DNA of 64,000 nt from Callorhinchus milii. Taxonomy: Eukaryota. This document shows positions 24,101 to 35,700 of this stretch, piece after piece (position 1 is the stretch's first letter; each line of letters starts with the position of its first letter). The position numbers and the translations under genes were made by a program. Below the pieces are notes generated by a model. The model saw only the letters and a program-made list of their open reading frames with translations, had not been told where the DNA came from and made no database searches. Location of the stretch: contig NW_024704766.1 of the NCBI RefSeq assembly GCF_018977255.1, positions 7,502,001 through 7,566,000 of the forward strand. The letters run 5' to 3'.

Positions 24101-24238
24101 CGATCAGAATCGCCAACAAAACTCTGTTGGTGTTGATTGCGGTTGACTTCGCACCATCACTGGTCGGAGGGACCTCCAACACCGTCATAGTCTCTGTCTC
24201 TGTCCTTCCTTCTCGATTGCCTTTTGGGTCGATATAGA
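24101..24238 (-). CDS. Candidate 138-nt phase 1-1 exon, probably an alternative SCN4B leader (MTVLEVPPTSDGAKSTAINTNRVLLAILIG) or a cassette exon
   Basis: ctcag|TC TAT ATC ... CTG ATC G|gtaagg. Open for all 46 codons in unique sequence, and ends in a hydrophobic run at a phase-1 donor, like Ig-family leader exons. Confidence 0.55.
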
Positions 24239-25074
24239 CTGAGTTGGGATCAAATGGTTTGGACCGGGAGAGAGATGGGAAAGAGGGGAGAGAGAGAGAG
24301 AGAGAGAGTAGAACAGCTGCAGAGAGGAAGAGAGAAAGAAAGGGGGATAGAGAGAGGGAGAGAGAGANNNNNNNNNNNNNNNNNNNNNNNNNNNNNNNNN
24401 NNNNNNNNNNNNNNNNNNNNNNNNNNNNNNNNNNNNNNNNNNNNNNNNNNNNNNNNNNNNNNNNNNNNNNNNNNNNNNNNNNNNNNNNNNNNNNNGAAGA
24501 GCAGAGAGAGAGAGAGAGACAGGGATAGAGAGAGGGAGAAGAGCAGAGAGAGAGAGAGAGAGGGATAGAGAGATGGGGAGAGGCAGTGAGGAGGGTCAGA
24601 GACTCTATTGGAATCCACAGATCCTCACTCCACATCAGCGAGTATTCTAACTGTAAGAAAACAGTGTAGATGCGGATCAATGGCTCTTTTTATTCCCCTT
24701 TTAATCTTAAACTCTCTCTTTTTCTCTCCCTTTTCTTAACCCCTTGCTCTTCCTTCTTGCTGGGTTAAGGTTAATGTTTCTTCCCTTCTTCCCCCCCCCA
24801 CCACCACTCCTCCTCCTCTCCCTCCCTCCCCCCTTCAGCACAGAAATGCGCAGGGCGCTGTGTTGTGTGTGTGTGTGTGTGTGTGGGGCTGTCAGGGTGA
24901 GAGCATTTTTTTGCAGTGAGGCTCTGCATTCTGCATTGCAGTCACAAAGCTCTGCTATCCCTGTCACCACCTGCAGGGAAACCATCCACAGAGTGTGGAG
25001 AGACAGATTGTCGGGGGGTTAGGTAATAACTCAGCAATTTGCTGTGGGATTTGTATACCATTTGATTTATTATA

Positions 25075-25400
25075 ATCATCATAATAATAATCCTGGCATT
25101 TGATACGGCGCCTTATCACATCGTCGAGACGTCTCAGAGCGCTTCACAGGATATACTGTAAAGTGAATTGACTGTACATTTTGTGGGTGAAACGCGGCGG
25201 CCAATTGCGCACAGCAGCGTCCCCACAAACACTTGTGGATTGAGTGACCAATTTTTTTTAAGGGAGTATTATCCCCGAAAAGCGATCCACCAATCAACTA
25301 ACCGGGTTTCTACTCACTGTTCTGCTGCGTAAACAGAGGCGTGTGTGTGGAGTAAGGAAACTTGCATAAGGTTTCGTCCTGCCTGGGAATCAAACCTGTT
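25075..25400 (-). mobile_element. tRNA-derived SINE, long-body variant, head truncated
   Basis: Family body including GGAAAGCGATCC..TAAACAGAGGCGTGTGGAGTAAGGAAAC. Confidence 0.85.
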
Positions 25401-25861
25401 ACAACAATAATTGCTTTATTTATCTCTCGCAGGTTATTTATTATATTGATGGAATTTCAATCTGTTTTTCAAATCAAGTTTCTCATTTTTTTTGTTAATC
25501 CCCCAAAAAACTTTTTGAAGTTTTCCTGACTCCTTAAAAACTGCCTCAGCATCATTACGTCAAAACAATCTGTTTCAGCGGGGATTTGAGAATAACATAA
25601 CCACAATCGGTGTCACTCTGGTGAGAGTCACAGCCACAGAGACTCTGACTCTGAGATACGGGCTCTCTCTCTCTCTCTCCCTTCTACCCTCCCTCCCCCC
25701 AGTTCTGCACTGGAGGGACAGCCAGAGTCTCGTGCGCGAGAGAGAGAGAGAGCGCTGCACTATCAGAGGGACTGTCCTTTGGATGAAACGTTCAATTGAG
25801 CTCCTGTCTGTGCCCTATTCAGGTGGACATTAAATATCTTGTTGGGTTCTTAGTAAATCAT

Positions 25862-26216
25862 GTCCTGTAGCCCAGTGGTTAGAGAGCTTGACTCACAAGC
25901 GAGAGGACCAAGGTTTGATTCCTGAGCGGGGCAAAACCTTAGGCAAGTTTCCTTACTCCACACGCCTCGATTACCCAACATAAATAGGAACCTGGCTGTT
26001 AGTCGTTGGGGAATTTCTTTCCAGGGTTAATAATCTCTACAAAAAAATGTTTCATAATAATTATTTGGTCATGAATGTTTGTGGGACGCTGCTGTGCACA
26101 ATTGGCTGCCGGGTTTTGCCTACAAAATATACAGTCAATTCACTTTATAGTATATTCTGTAAAGCACTTTGAGATGTCTTAACGACGTGATAATATTAAT
26201 TGCAAGGATTATTATT
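25862..26216 (+). mobile_element. tRNA-derived SINE, full length
   Basis: GTCCTGTAGCCCAGTGGTTAGAGC head; (ATT)n tail. Confidence 0.85.
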
Positions 26217-26534
26217 CTCATGCTCAAATTATCATGAGACTGAATGATATTATGTCCAATGGATTTATTAGGAACTGATAAGTTTCATACAATCAGTTGG
26301 ATTGTATTAGCTAATAGTACAGAAAGCACAATACATACCTGTCCTGGCAGCTGACACAAGACGTTACTTGATTGGCTTCAACTCAGCTCAAGTACAGATT
26401 AATTAACCTTTACTAAGATGATGTCTTGTGTCTGTTTCCTGCTTTACCCAAATCATCAACGTTAAATCATCCCATCGTTTTGATTTTGCAGTTTCAGTGT
26501 CCCGTTTTTTGGTCTGACTCACCTGGAAACTCTT

Positions 26535-27215
26535 GCATATGTGTGTGTGATTGTGCATGTATGTGTGTGTGTGTGTGTGAATGTACGTGTGTGTGCATGT
26601 GAGTGTGTCCTTGTGTGTGTATGTGTCTGTGTGGGTGTGCATGTGTGTGTATGTGTGATTGTGCATGTGTGAGTGTGTCCTTGGGTGTGTGTATGAGTGT
26701 GTCCTTGTGTGTGTGAGTGCATCCTCGTGTGTATGCCCTCGCATGTGTGAGTGTGTCCTTACGTGTGTGTGCATGTCCTTGTGTGTGTAGAAGCATGTCC
26801 TTGTGTTTGTGAGTATGTCCTTGTGTGTGTGTCCTCATGTGTGTGTGTGTGTCCTGTGTGTGTGAGTGTATCCTTGTGTGTGTATATCCTCATGTGTGTG
26901 TGTCCTTGCGTGAGTGTGTCCTAGTATGTGTGAGTGTGTCCTTGTGGGTGTGTGTGTGCATGTCCTTGTGTGTGTGCCTTTGGGTGTGTAAGCGTGTCCT
27001 TGTGTGTGTGAGTATGATCTTGTGTGGGTGTTGTGTGTGTGTCATCCTGTATGTACGATTATGTCCTTTTGTGTGTGAGTGTGTTTTCGTGTGTGTATGT
27101 CCTCATGTGTGTGAGTGTGTCCTTGTGTGGGTGTCCTTATGTGTGTGTGTGTGCATGTCCTTGTGTGTGACCTCTTGTGTGTGAGCGTGTCCTTGTGTGT
27201 GAGTATGTCTTTGTG
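26535..27215. repeat. (GTGTCCTTGTGTGT)n / GT-rich minisatellite; same type at 44150-44330 and 30925-31082
   Basis: Visible tandem array. Confidence 0.95.
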
Positions 27216-27224
27216 TTGAATGTA

Positions 27225-27371
27225 CAGTTGAATGTGAACAAGACTGAGACCCTCCTGATTGGCTCACACCAGCGCCTCCGCACCTCAGGCTCCGGCAACA
27301 TCACCCTCCATGGTTGGACACTACAACTCACCGCCAGTCAGGAACCTGGGGGTCTTGTTCGACCCTCAACT
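27225..27371 (+). mobile_element. 5' part of an L2 whose 3' part is at 43456-44150 (and 31085-31780 inverted)
   Basis: [29 protein letters not shown], truncated by a gap. The bridging sequence appears at 38581-38680. Confidence 0.8.
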
Positions 27372-28223
27372 NNNNNNNNNNNNNNNNNNNNNNNNNNNNN
27401 NNNNNNNNNNNNNNNNNNNNNNNNNNNNNNNNNNNNNNNNNNNNNNNNNNNNNNNNNNNNNNNNNNNNNNNNNNNNNNNNNNNNNNNNNNNNNNNNNNNN
27501 NNNNNNNNNNNNNNNNNNNNNNNNNNNNNNNNNNNNNNNNNNNNNNNNNNNNNNGTGTTTCTGTGTCTCTCTGTGTCTATGAGTGTCTGTGTCTCTCTCT
27601 CTGGGCTCAGGCACTGTTTGCTCCGCTATTAAAGGAACCCTTCACTCTATCTCTCGGGGGGGGGGGGGGGGGGGGGCGGCTCCTTTAAAAGCACTGCGAT
27701 TCCCGGCCACGTTGTGTGTGTCCTTCAGCCCAATATTAGGTCATTGAAGCCGCAGCAAACAAGGCTGAGCCAATGCAGACTCGCTCACTGGTGCCTCTCC
27801 CTCCTCTTCACTCTCTCCCTCCTCTTCACTCTCTCCCTCCTCTTCACTCTCTCCCTCCTCTCTCTCTCTCTCTCCCCACCTCCTTCTCCCTTTATCTCTC
27901 TCTCTCCCTCCCTCCCTCCTTCCCACCCCCTTCTGCCTCCCTCCTCTATCCTTATATCTCTCCTCTCTCTCTCTCCCTTTCTCACATTCCCAATGCTGTG
28001 ACCGCTGATTCCATCTGTCCCTAAAGCCGAATTGTCCCTAAAGGCTCTCTCTCTCTCTCTCTGTCTCTCTCAGGTCTGGCCCGGAGCCAACCGGGTTAGC
28101 GATGTGGTTGCAGGATGTTCATTCAGACACAGACACTGGGCTATGGTCCTTTACACTCACCACAATTCCCCTCTACAACACCTCACTGAGCCCCTCACCA
28201 TCCCAACTGTTACTTCCCCTCCT

Positions 28224-29225
28224 TTTAAAGAAATGGTTAGAGCACTCCCTGGTAAGCAGTGGGTTTGATTCCGGACGGGGTGAAACGTTGGGCAAGTTTC
28301 CTTACTCCACACACCTCTGTTTACCAGCAATAAGTAGGGACCCAAGTTGTTAGTTGATTGGTGGATTGCTTTCCGGTGGTAATGATCCCTCCATAAATAA
28401 ATAAATTTAGTCACTCAATCCCGGACTGTCTCTGGGACACTGCTGCGATCAATTGGCTGCCGTGTTTCGTCCACAAATACACAGTCACTCCACTTTACAG
28501 TATATCCCATGAAGCACTTTGAGACATCCTGCAGCTGAATGTGGACAAGATGGAAGCCATACTCCAAGCCATACCCTCAACTCCAGGGCCACTGCTGTCC
28601 TGACAGACTGTCTGTCGGACATCAAGTCCTGGATGAGCGCAAATTTCCTACAGTTGAATGTGATTAAGACTGAGGCCCTCCTGATTGGCTCACACCAGCG
28701 CCTCCGCACCTCAGGCTCCGGCAACACCACCCTCCATGGTTGGACACTACAACTCACCGCCAGTCAGGAACCGAGGTGTCTTGTTCGACCCTCAACTGTA
28801 TTTCCTTCCGCACATTCACATCTATCCTTCAGAGGATCCAGTTCAAGATCCTGGTCCTCACATACAAAGCCCTCCCTGGCCTCGCCCCACCCTACTTCTG
28901 CGACCTCCTTACCCCTACCAACCGCCCGTTCCCTCCGCTCAGCCGGCTCTGGCTGCTCCACATCCCCCGACCCACCTGCCCCACTATTGGCGGGAGAGCA
29001 TTCAGCCACTCTGATCCCAACTTCTGGAATTCCATCCCCCAGTCACTCTGCCTCGCCCCCTCCTTAGCCTTCTTCAAGTCCCGCCTCGAGACCCTTCTCT
29101 TCGACCATGCCATCAGCCACCCCCCTTCCCCTCCTCCCCCTGACCCCAACTTGGGTCTGAAATGCTGTCACTGTCCAGTGCCTTGGGACGTCCTCCTGAC
29201 GCGAAAGGCGCTATACACATAGCGC
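28224..29225 (+). mobile_element. SINE-L2 composite with an internally deleted L2 (mirror ~46035-47035)
   Basis: Same 5' start and SINE/L2 junction as 6451-6779; then DCLSDIKSWMSANFLQLN; FKILVLTYKALPGL. Confidence 0.85.
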
Positions 29226-29724
29226 CATCCTCCATGGCCTCTCTCCCCCCTATCTAATCTTGTTGAGGTTGTTGTTGTTTACGGCCACCTCCCCCTCCCC
29301 AGCTTGTTGTTATTTTCTCAACGACCTGATAGGGCCCTATTATCAAATGCAAGATTTATTATTATTAATAAATGCTTCCAAGTGGCTGTCCTGAAATCAT
29401 CCCTTACCCACAGTACCACTCCCCCCACCCAGCCTCTATGGTAGCAGGCGACAGGACGGGGTGGAGGGGTTACAATGAAGGAGGTTTGTCAGACGGCAGA
29501 GCGGGAGGGTGTGAGATGGAGAGAGAGCGCAGAAATGATGAAGTAAGAGTTAGAAGGCAATCACAGACAGCGCTGATAATGTACGCAGCCTAATGGTTTA
29601 TTGATGGGTTAGTGTAATTGACTCTGTTTGCCTGGCGCCTGCGTTCAAGCACCTTCCATTTGCTGCAGTTGCCACTCGCTTAGAGAGTCAGATAATTGCT
29701 TGTTTGTCTGTGAGCAATATCTGT

Positions 29725-30370
29725 GCGCTCCCTCCCGGTGACATCATCCGGTACATGGGGTCAACTTAATGACACCCAACTCTCCCTCTCTGCCTCCACC
29801 CTTGACTCCAGGATCCGTTGCTGTCCTGACAGAATGTCTGTCAGACATCAAGTCCTGGATGAGAGCGAACTTTCTACAGTTGAACCTTGGGGTCTTGGGG
29901 CTTGACCCTCAACTATCTTTTCTACCCCACATCTGCACCATGACCCGCTCTGCCTTCCCCACCTCTGCAACGTTGCCCGGCTCTGCCACTGTCTCATGCC
30001 ACAGGCGCCCGAGACCCTCATACATGCCGTCATTACATTGAGGATCGACTATACAAACTCACTGCTTGTTGGCCCCCCCAGCTCCTCCCTCCGCAGGCTG
30101 CAGATCATCCAGAACTCTGCAGCCCATGTCCTCTCCTGCACCAGGCTCTGTGACCCTATCACCCGCATCCTCGCCCGACTCCACTGGCTTCCCATCACAC
30201 AGAGGATAAAGTTCACGATCCTGGTCCTCACCTTCAAAGTCCTCCATGGCCTCTCTCCCCCTATCTAAACCCCTACCAACCTGCCCGCTCCCTCTGCTCA
30301 GCGGGCTCCAGCCTGCTTCACGTCCCCCGCCTCGCACGCTCCATCATCAACGGTTGGGCCTTCAGCCACT
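29725..30370 (+). mobile_element. L2 LINE fragment (mirror ~44885-45530)
   Basis: ECLSDIKSWMRANFLQLN; RIDYTNSLLVG; LHWLPITQRIKF. Confidence 0.88.
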
Positions 30371-31988
30371 TTGGTATTATTGTTGGGAGTTTCTCTCTCT
30401 CTCTCTCTCTCTGTTTCCTGGCCAACAAAGCAAATTAGCCATTCACTTCTTCACGGCTGTTTGCAGGACATCGCCGAGCTGTGCGCAAATTCTCTGCTGC
30501 ACTCGCCCACAAATACACAGTCTCTACAGCAAACTGTGTGAAACACTTTGAGATGTTTTGATGTGATATCATGTGATATCGAAAAAAAGGGATAATTATT
30601 TTCTCTTAAACTTCATCACAGAGATGGTAAGTTGCTGTGGAGTCCAGCACAGAGGCGGTGAGGAAAGTGAAGGGGAAGAGAATAAGACAGAGGCTGAGGT
30701 CTTGTGGCATCTCCCCTCCCTCCCCTCCCCACCCTGCAAAAGGTATCTGGATAACACTGGCACAAAATCAGAAAGTATCAGAGTTTACCAAAGGGCCTGG
30801 AGATGGAAAGAGAAGACCATCATCACACAGTTAAATCTTTCACACAACTCTGATCTCAAAGTGGATAAAACACCACTTTCCCTGGTTATCTCCCGCGTTT
30901 CTCCGCGTTCATGCTCACGGACACACAAGGACACATTCATACTCACACACACACAAGGACACACACACACACACAAGGACACACACACAAGGACACACTC
31001 ATATGCACACGAGCACACACACACAAGGTCACACACACACAAGGACACACACACACACACACATAAGGACACACTCACACACACATCAACAACAACAAGA
31101 TTACACTTGTACAGCACCTTTCACGTCGGGAGGACGTCCCAAGGCACTGGACAGTGACAGCATTTCAGACCCGAGCTGGGGTCGGGGGGGGTGGGGGGGG
31201 GAAGGGAGGGGAGGGGAAGGGGGGTGGCCGATGGCACGGTCGAAGAGGAGGGTCTCGAGGCGGGACTTGAAGGAGGCTAAGGAGGGGGCGAGGCAGAGTG
31301 ACTGGGGGATGGAATTCCAGAGGTTGGGGGCAGAGTGGCTGAAGACTCTCCCACCAATGGTGGGGCGGGTGGGGCGGGGGCGTGGAGCAGCCAGAGCCGG
31401 CTGAGCGGAGGGACCGGGCAGGTTGGAAGGGGGTTAGGAGGTCGCAGAGGTAGTGTGGGGAGAGGCCATGGAGGGTTTGTATGTGAGAACCAGGATCTTG
31501 AACTGGATCCTCTGAAGGATAAGGAGCCAATGGAGTCGGGAGAGAGTGGGGGAGATGGGGTCACGGAGTTTGATGGGAAAGGACATGGGCTGCAGAGTTC
31601 TGGATTATCTGCAGCTGTGGAGGGAGGAGTTGGGAAGGCCGACATGCAGGGCATTTGCATAGCCGAGCCGGGAGGTGATGAAGGCATGAACAAGAGTTTC
31701 AGTGGCCTGAGGAGTGAGGTAGTGGCGGAGTCGGGCCATGTTACGGAGGTGAGGGAAGGCCGAGCGGGTCATGGCTTGGANNNNNNNNNNNNNNNNNNNN
31801 NNNNNGATTTGTGGAGTTAACAACTCACTGCTGAGCGCAATTGGCTGCCGCGTTCCGCCTACTAAATAGACAGACACTACACTTGACAGTGTATCCTGTG
31901 AAGCGCTTTGAGACTCCTCAAAGACGTGACAAGGTGCTGTATCAAATGCAAGGATTATTATAATATTATTAATTGTTTCCTGTTTCAG

Positions 31989-32115
31989 TTGCCAAAGTGG
32001 ACAACACGTTGACTTTCATGATCTTGGCTGGGATCGGAGCGTTTCTAGGGTTAATCATCGTCATTCTGATTATTAAGAAGCTTGTAGTCTTTTTAATTAA
32101 GCGAGTTGGAAAAAA
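31989..32115 (+). CDS. SCN4B: Second, inverted copy of SCN4B exon 4 (inside inverted arm A')
   Basis: Same sequence as the reverse complement of 23154-23280, with intact splice sites. Possibly an assembly duplicate. Confidence 0.6.
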
Positions 32116-32647
32116 GTAAGTAGCTGGTAAAACATAACCCTCAGCACACACACTCCCCCACTCCCCTCCCCACCCAATCCCTTGAGCTCCAACCCCTCTC
32201 CCCCTTCCCCTTCTCCTCTCGCGTTTGAATGTTAACAAGGCAGATCGCAGACTGAGGTAACACCACTGTCCTCGTCTCGCTCTCTGACACATACCTCTCT
32301 CTATCTCTCTTGCTCGCTCTCTCCCACATTCCCAGAGCCATTTAGGAGTGAAATCAGGGGCAGTTTTTCACACCCAGACAAAGGCCAATGGGAATCTCTC
32401 TCTCTCTCTCCGCAAAAGGCTGTGGATTATGGCTGGATCCATTATATTGTCCAGACTGAGTCTGAGGTGGATAGATGTTTGTCAAGTCAGGGGGTCAGGG
32501 GGTCAGGGGACATGGGCAAAGGTGGGTAATTGGAGTTGAGGTACAGATCAGCCCTGATCTTATACAATAGCGGGACAGGCCTCGAGGGTCTGAATGGCCT
32601 CCTCCTGTTTCTACGTTCCCTTACCGCTCTGACTGTGCTTTCTCCAG

Positions 32648-32741
32648 GAATGAGTGCCTGGTTAACTCCTCCGCCCACGACAACACCGACAACGGACATT
32701 ACGGTTCCAACACCGACCTTAAAAGCCGGCCGAAGGCGTGA
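32648..32741 (+). CDS. SCN4B: Second, inverted copy of SCN4B exon 5 (inside inverted arm A')
   Basis: Same sequence as the reverse complement of 22527-22620; the copied AATAAA is at 36695-36700. Possibly an assembly duplicate. Confidence 0.6.
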
Positions 32742-35700
32742 AGACCCCACAAACAGCCAGCTTACTGACAGCCAGCCTCTCATGCTTAGAAATAATGGGG
32801 ATGTGTCTGTGGCTCACACTAACACAGTGCACAAGGTAACCCGCCACACACTTACTAGACAAAGCCCTAATGAAATGGGGGCAAGCATGTAATCAGGTCT
32901 GTGTGTGTATGTGGGGTGGAGGGTGGGGTTTGGGTGGGATCTGCTTTGGAATGGAGCTATAGGGAGCTCAGCTGGGATTTGCTCAGGCACACCACAAAAA
33001 TATTGTCTGCAAAGCCCCACCCCTCCATACGCCCCACCACTCCATACACCACTCCCCCAAAAGGCCCCCTCCCCCAACTCCCCCAATACGCCCTAAGCCC
33101 AGTGCGCCCTCCTCATGCCCCCAGTGCGCCAACCCCCAGTGCGCCCACCCACGCCCACAGTGCGCCCCCCGCTCCCCCAGTGCGCTTCCAGTGCGCCCCA
33201 CCCAGTGCGTCCCCCTCCCCCCCAGTGCACCCCACCCAGTGCGCCCCCCTCCCCCTAGTGCGCCCCCCCTCAGTGCGCACCCCTCCCATCAGTGCACACC
33301 CACCCCTTCAGTGCGCCCCCCTCCTCAGTGCGGTCCCACCTCAGTACGCCACCCCCCCCCAGTGCGCGCCTCCCCCCCCAGTGCGCGCTCCCCCCATTGA
33401 GGCGCCCCCCCCCAGTGAGGCCCCCCCCCCAGTGAGGCGGCCCCCACCCAGTGAGGCGGCCCCCCCCCAGTGCACCCCCCCACCCGCCAGTTCGCCCTCC
33501 CCCAGCGCACCCCCCCCCCATTGCAGCCCCCCCACCGCCCAGTGCGCCCCCCCCACCCCCCCAGTGCGGCCCCCCACCCCCAAGTATGACCCCCACCAAG
33601 CTCTGTCTCCAGTACAAGCCATGCAGTCCCTATTAAGACGGAGGCTGTGATGTGACTCTAACCTTTCACCCTGCGTTGCTACTCGTTTACTCAGGGCAAT
33701 ACCCCCAACTCCCCCCTTATCTAATTCCCCCATCTCTCGCCTCCCCCTGTCCGTACCGCACCCCCCCCTTTCCCTTCCTTCTCCCTGAAGTTACTTCACA
33801 GAAACTTTCCCGCGCCCCCTCCTCGCTGTCGCTATACACTGATGACCCGGACACGAGGAGTCATGGGTTCTGCCAAATGTGTGTTGGGCTGGGGGGTGGT
33901 CATCAGGGCATGTCCAGGGGCGGTGGGGAGGGGAAGGGGCAACAACGAGGGTGGGGGAAGTGCAGCATCCAGCTCCCCTCCCCAGTCCTGCCTGCCCGCA
34001 GAAGCTGAGCTTTACATTACCCACCGCTGGGCAACTGCTCAGACAATAACTAGAAACGTGTCCGAGGTCCTTCAGCCAACGTCGCCTCCGCACCTCAGCC
34101 AACGCTCTGCCAACAACCACTCCAATTCCTGGGNNNNNNNNNNNNNNNNNNNNNNNNNNNNNNNNNNNNNNNNNNNNNNNNNNNNNNNNNNNNNNNNNNN
34201 NNNNNNNNNNNNNNNNNNNNNNNNNNNNNNNNNNNNNNNNNNNNNNNNNNNNNNNNNNNNNNNNNNNNNNNNNNNNNNNNNNNNNNNNNNNNNNNNNNNN
34301 NNCTGTCTCCCCTCTCCTCCCTCCCCCTCCCTCCCCTCCCCCGTCTCTCTCCCTCCCTCTCTTTCCCTCTTTTCTCCTTCCTCTCATACTCTCTCCTTTC
34401 TCCGTCTCTCTCTCCTTTCTCACTTTTCTCTCTCTTTCCATTGTTCCTTCTCTCTCTCTCGACTCTATTAAAGAAATTGGCCAAAAACGATTCCGCTCGC
34501 TCGGAAATCCTAAGAGAAAGGGTTTCCAGCCCTCAAACCAGCCAGCAAATAAGAAAAAAAATTCCGCCCCACAAAAAATAACCTTAATGTTGAGCCGCGT
34601 GAGTCTGTGTTGGCGGAGTGACCTCGCACACCCTGCATGTGAAACGCTATTAAACAAGTCGAGCTATTATACTCAGGATAATATCTACTACCTTAATACT
34701 CACATAGCTCTTTGCTTTCTCACTCTGAGCTCCAAAGGCAGTCCCAGGCGTTGGGAGTTTGGCATCGTACCTGCGAGCAAGGCTGGCAACCATCTCGCTC
34801 TCGCTCTCGCTCGCTCGCTGTCTTGACATCTCGTTCCCTTTCCAACGCCCGGAGGTTCCCATAGCGACAGGCAAGATTGACAAACGCTTCCTGAGCTGGG
34901 AATTGCGAGACAGAACGTGAGGAATGAATGATCAGGGCGACCCCCCTCCCCCCCCAAAGGTGTAGTGGAGAGAGAACGACAGCTTAGAGACCTGGAGCTC
35001 ATCCCGATCTGTGCTGAACAGGATTGATGTGTGTGTGGGGTTTGGGGGGTCGGGAGGTGGGGGTTGGGGGGATAGGGAGGGATTGGAATAATCAGACATA
35101 GTCACTGCTCCTGAGGTGTGTTGCAGTTGGGTGAGGAGAGATGACTGACCAACACTTATATGTGGATAACAACCACTTGGGCGCTGGGAGTGTGTGTGTA
35201 TCTGTGTGTTGGTGGGGGTTGGGTGATGGCAAAGGAAGCGTTTGACAGACCACGTTCAAGATGGAGGAAGACAGGGGGTGGGGTAACAGCATATCGAGTG
35301 CCTTGCAATAACCTTACAAGAGGATTGAGCCACTGATATCGTCCCAAGTGAAAAACATACTCCCTCCCCAGAAAAATATTTGCCAGACACTTAATTCCAT
35401 CCCCATCTCTGCCTTCCTGAAAGCAAGATCCTCCAACAAGTGCAATTGGACAGTGACATGGGCTCGACCATGTGTATCTCTACCTGACTGGGCTGGCATT
35501 GAGACTGGGCATCGAGCTCAGGAACCTGGCACTACACAACAATACAACAGACACGCCTGGCACCATTTGCCAGTCAGCCTTCTTAGCCCTTCCCTTACCC
35601 CAGCATAGCACAGCCCACGCACACAAAAACGGGCTCTTAACATGCAAGCTTTCCTTAACCAATTTCCTATTGAAAACAATAACTGACATTTACACAGCGC

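Larger units (their letters stand above)
27555..31780 (+). repeat. Inverted duplication arm B (partner 43456-47689)
   Basis: Mirrored ORFs (sums ~75236-75260); bounded by N-gaps on both sides. Confidence 0.97.

Noticed and set aside
24835-24870. REST/NRSE-like TTCAGCAC half-site (also ~20227)
   Set aside because: The right half-site and spacing do not match GGACAGCGCC well enough.
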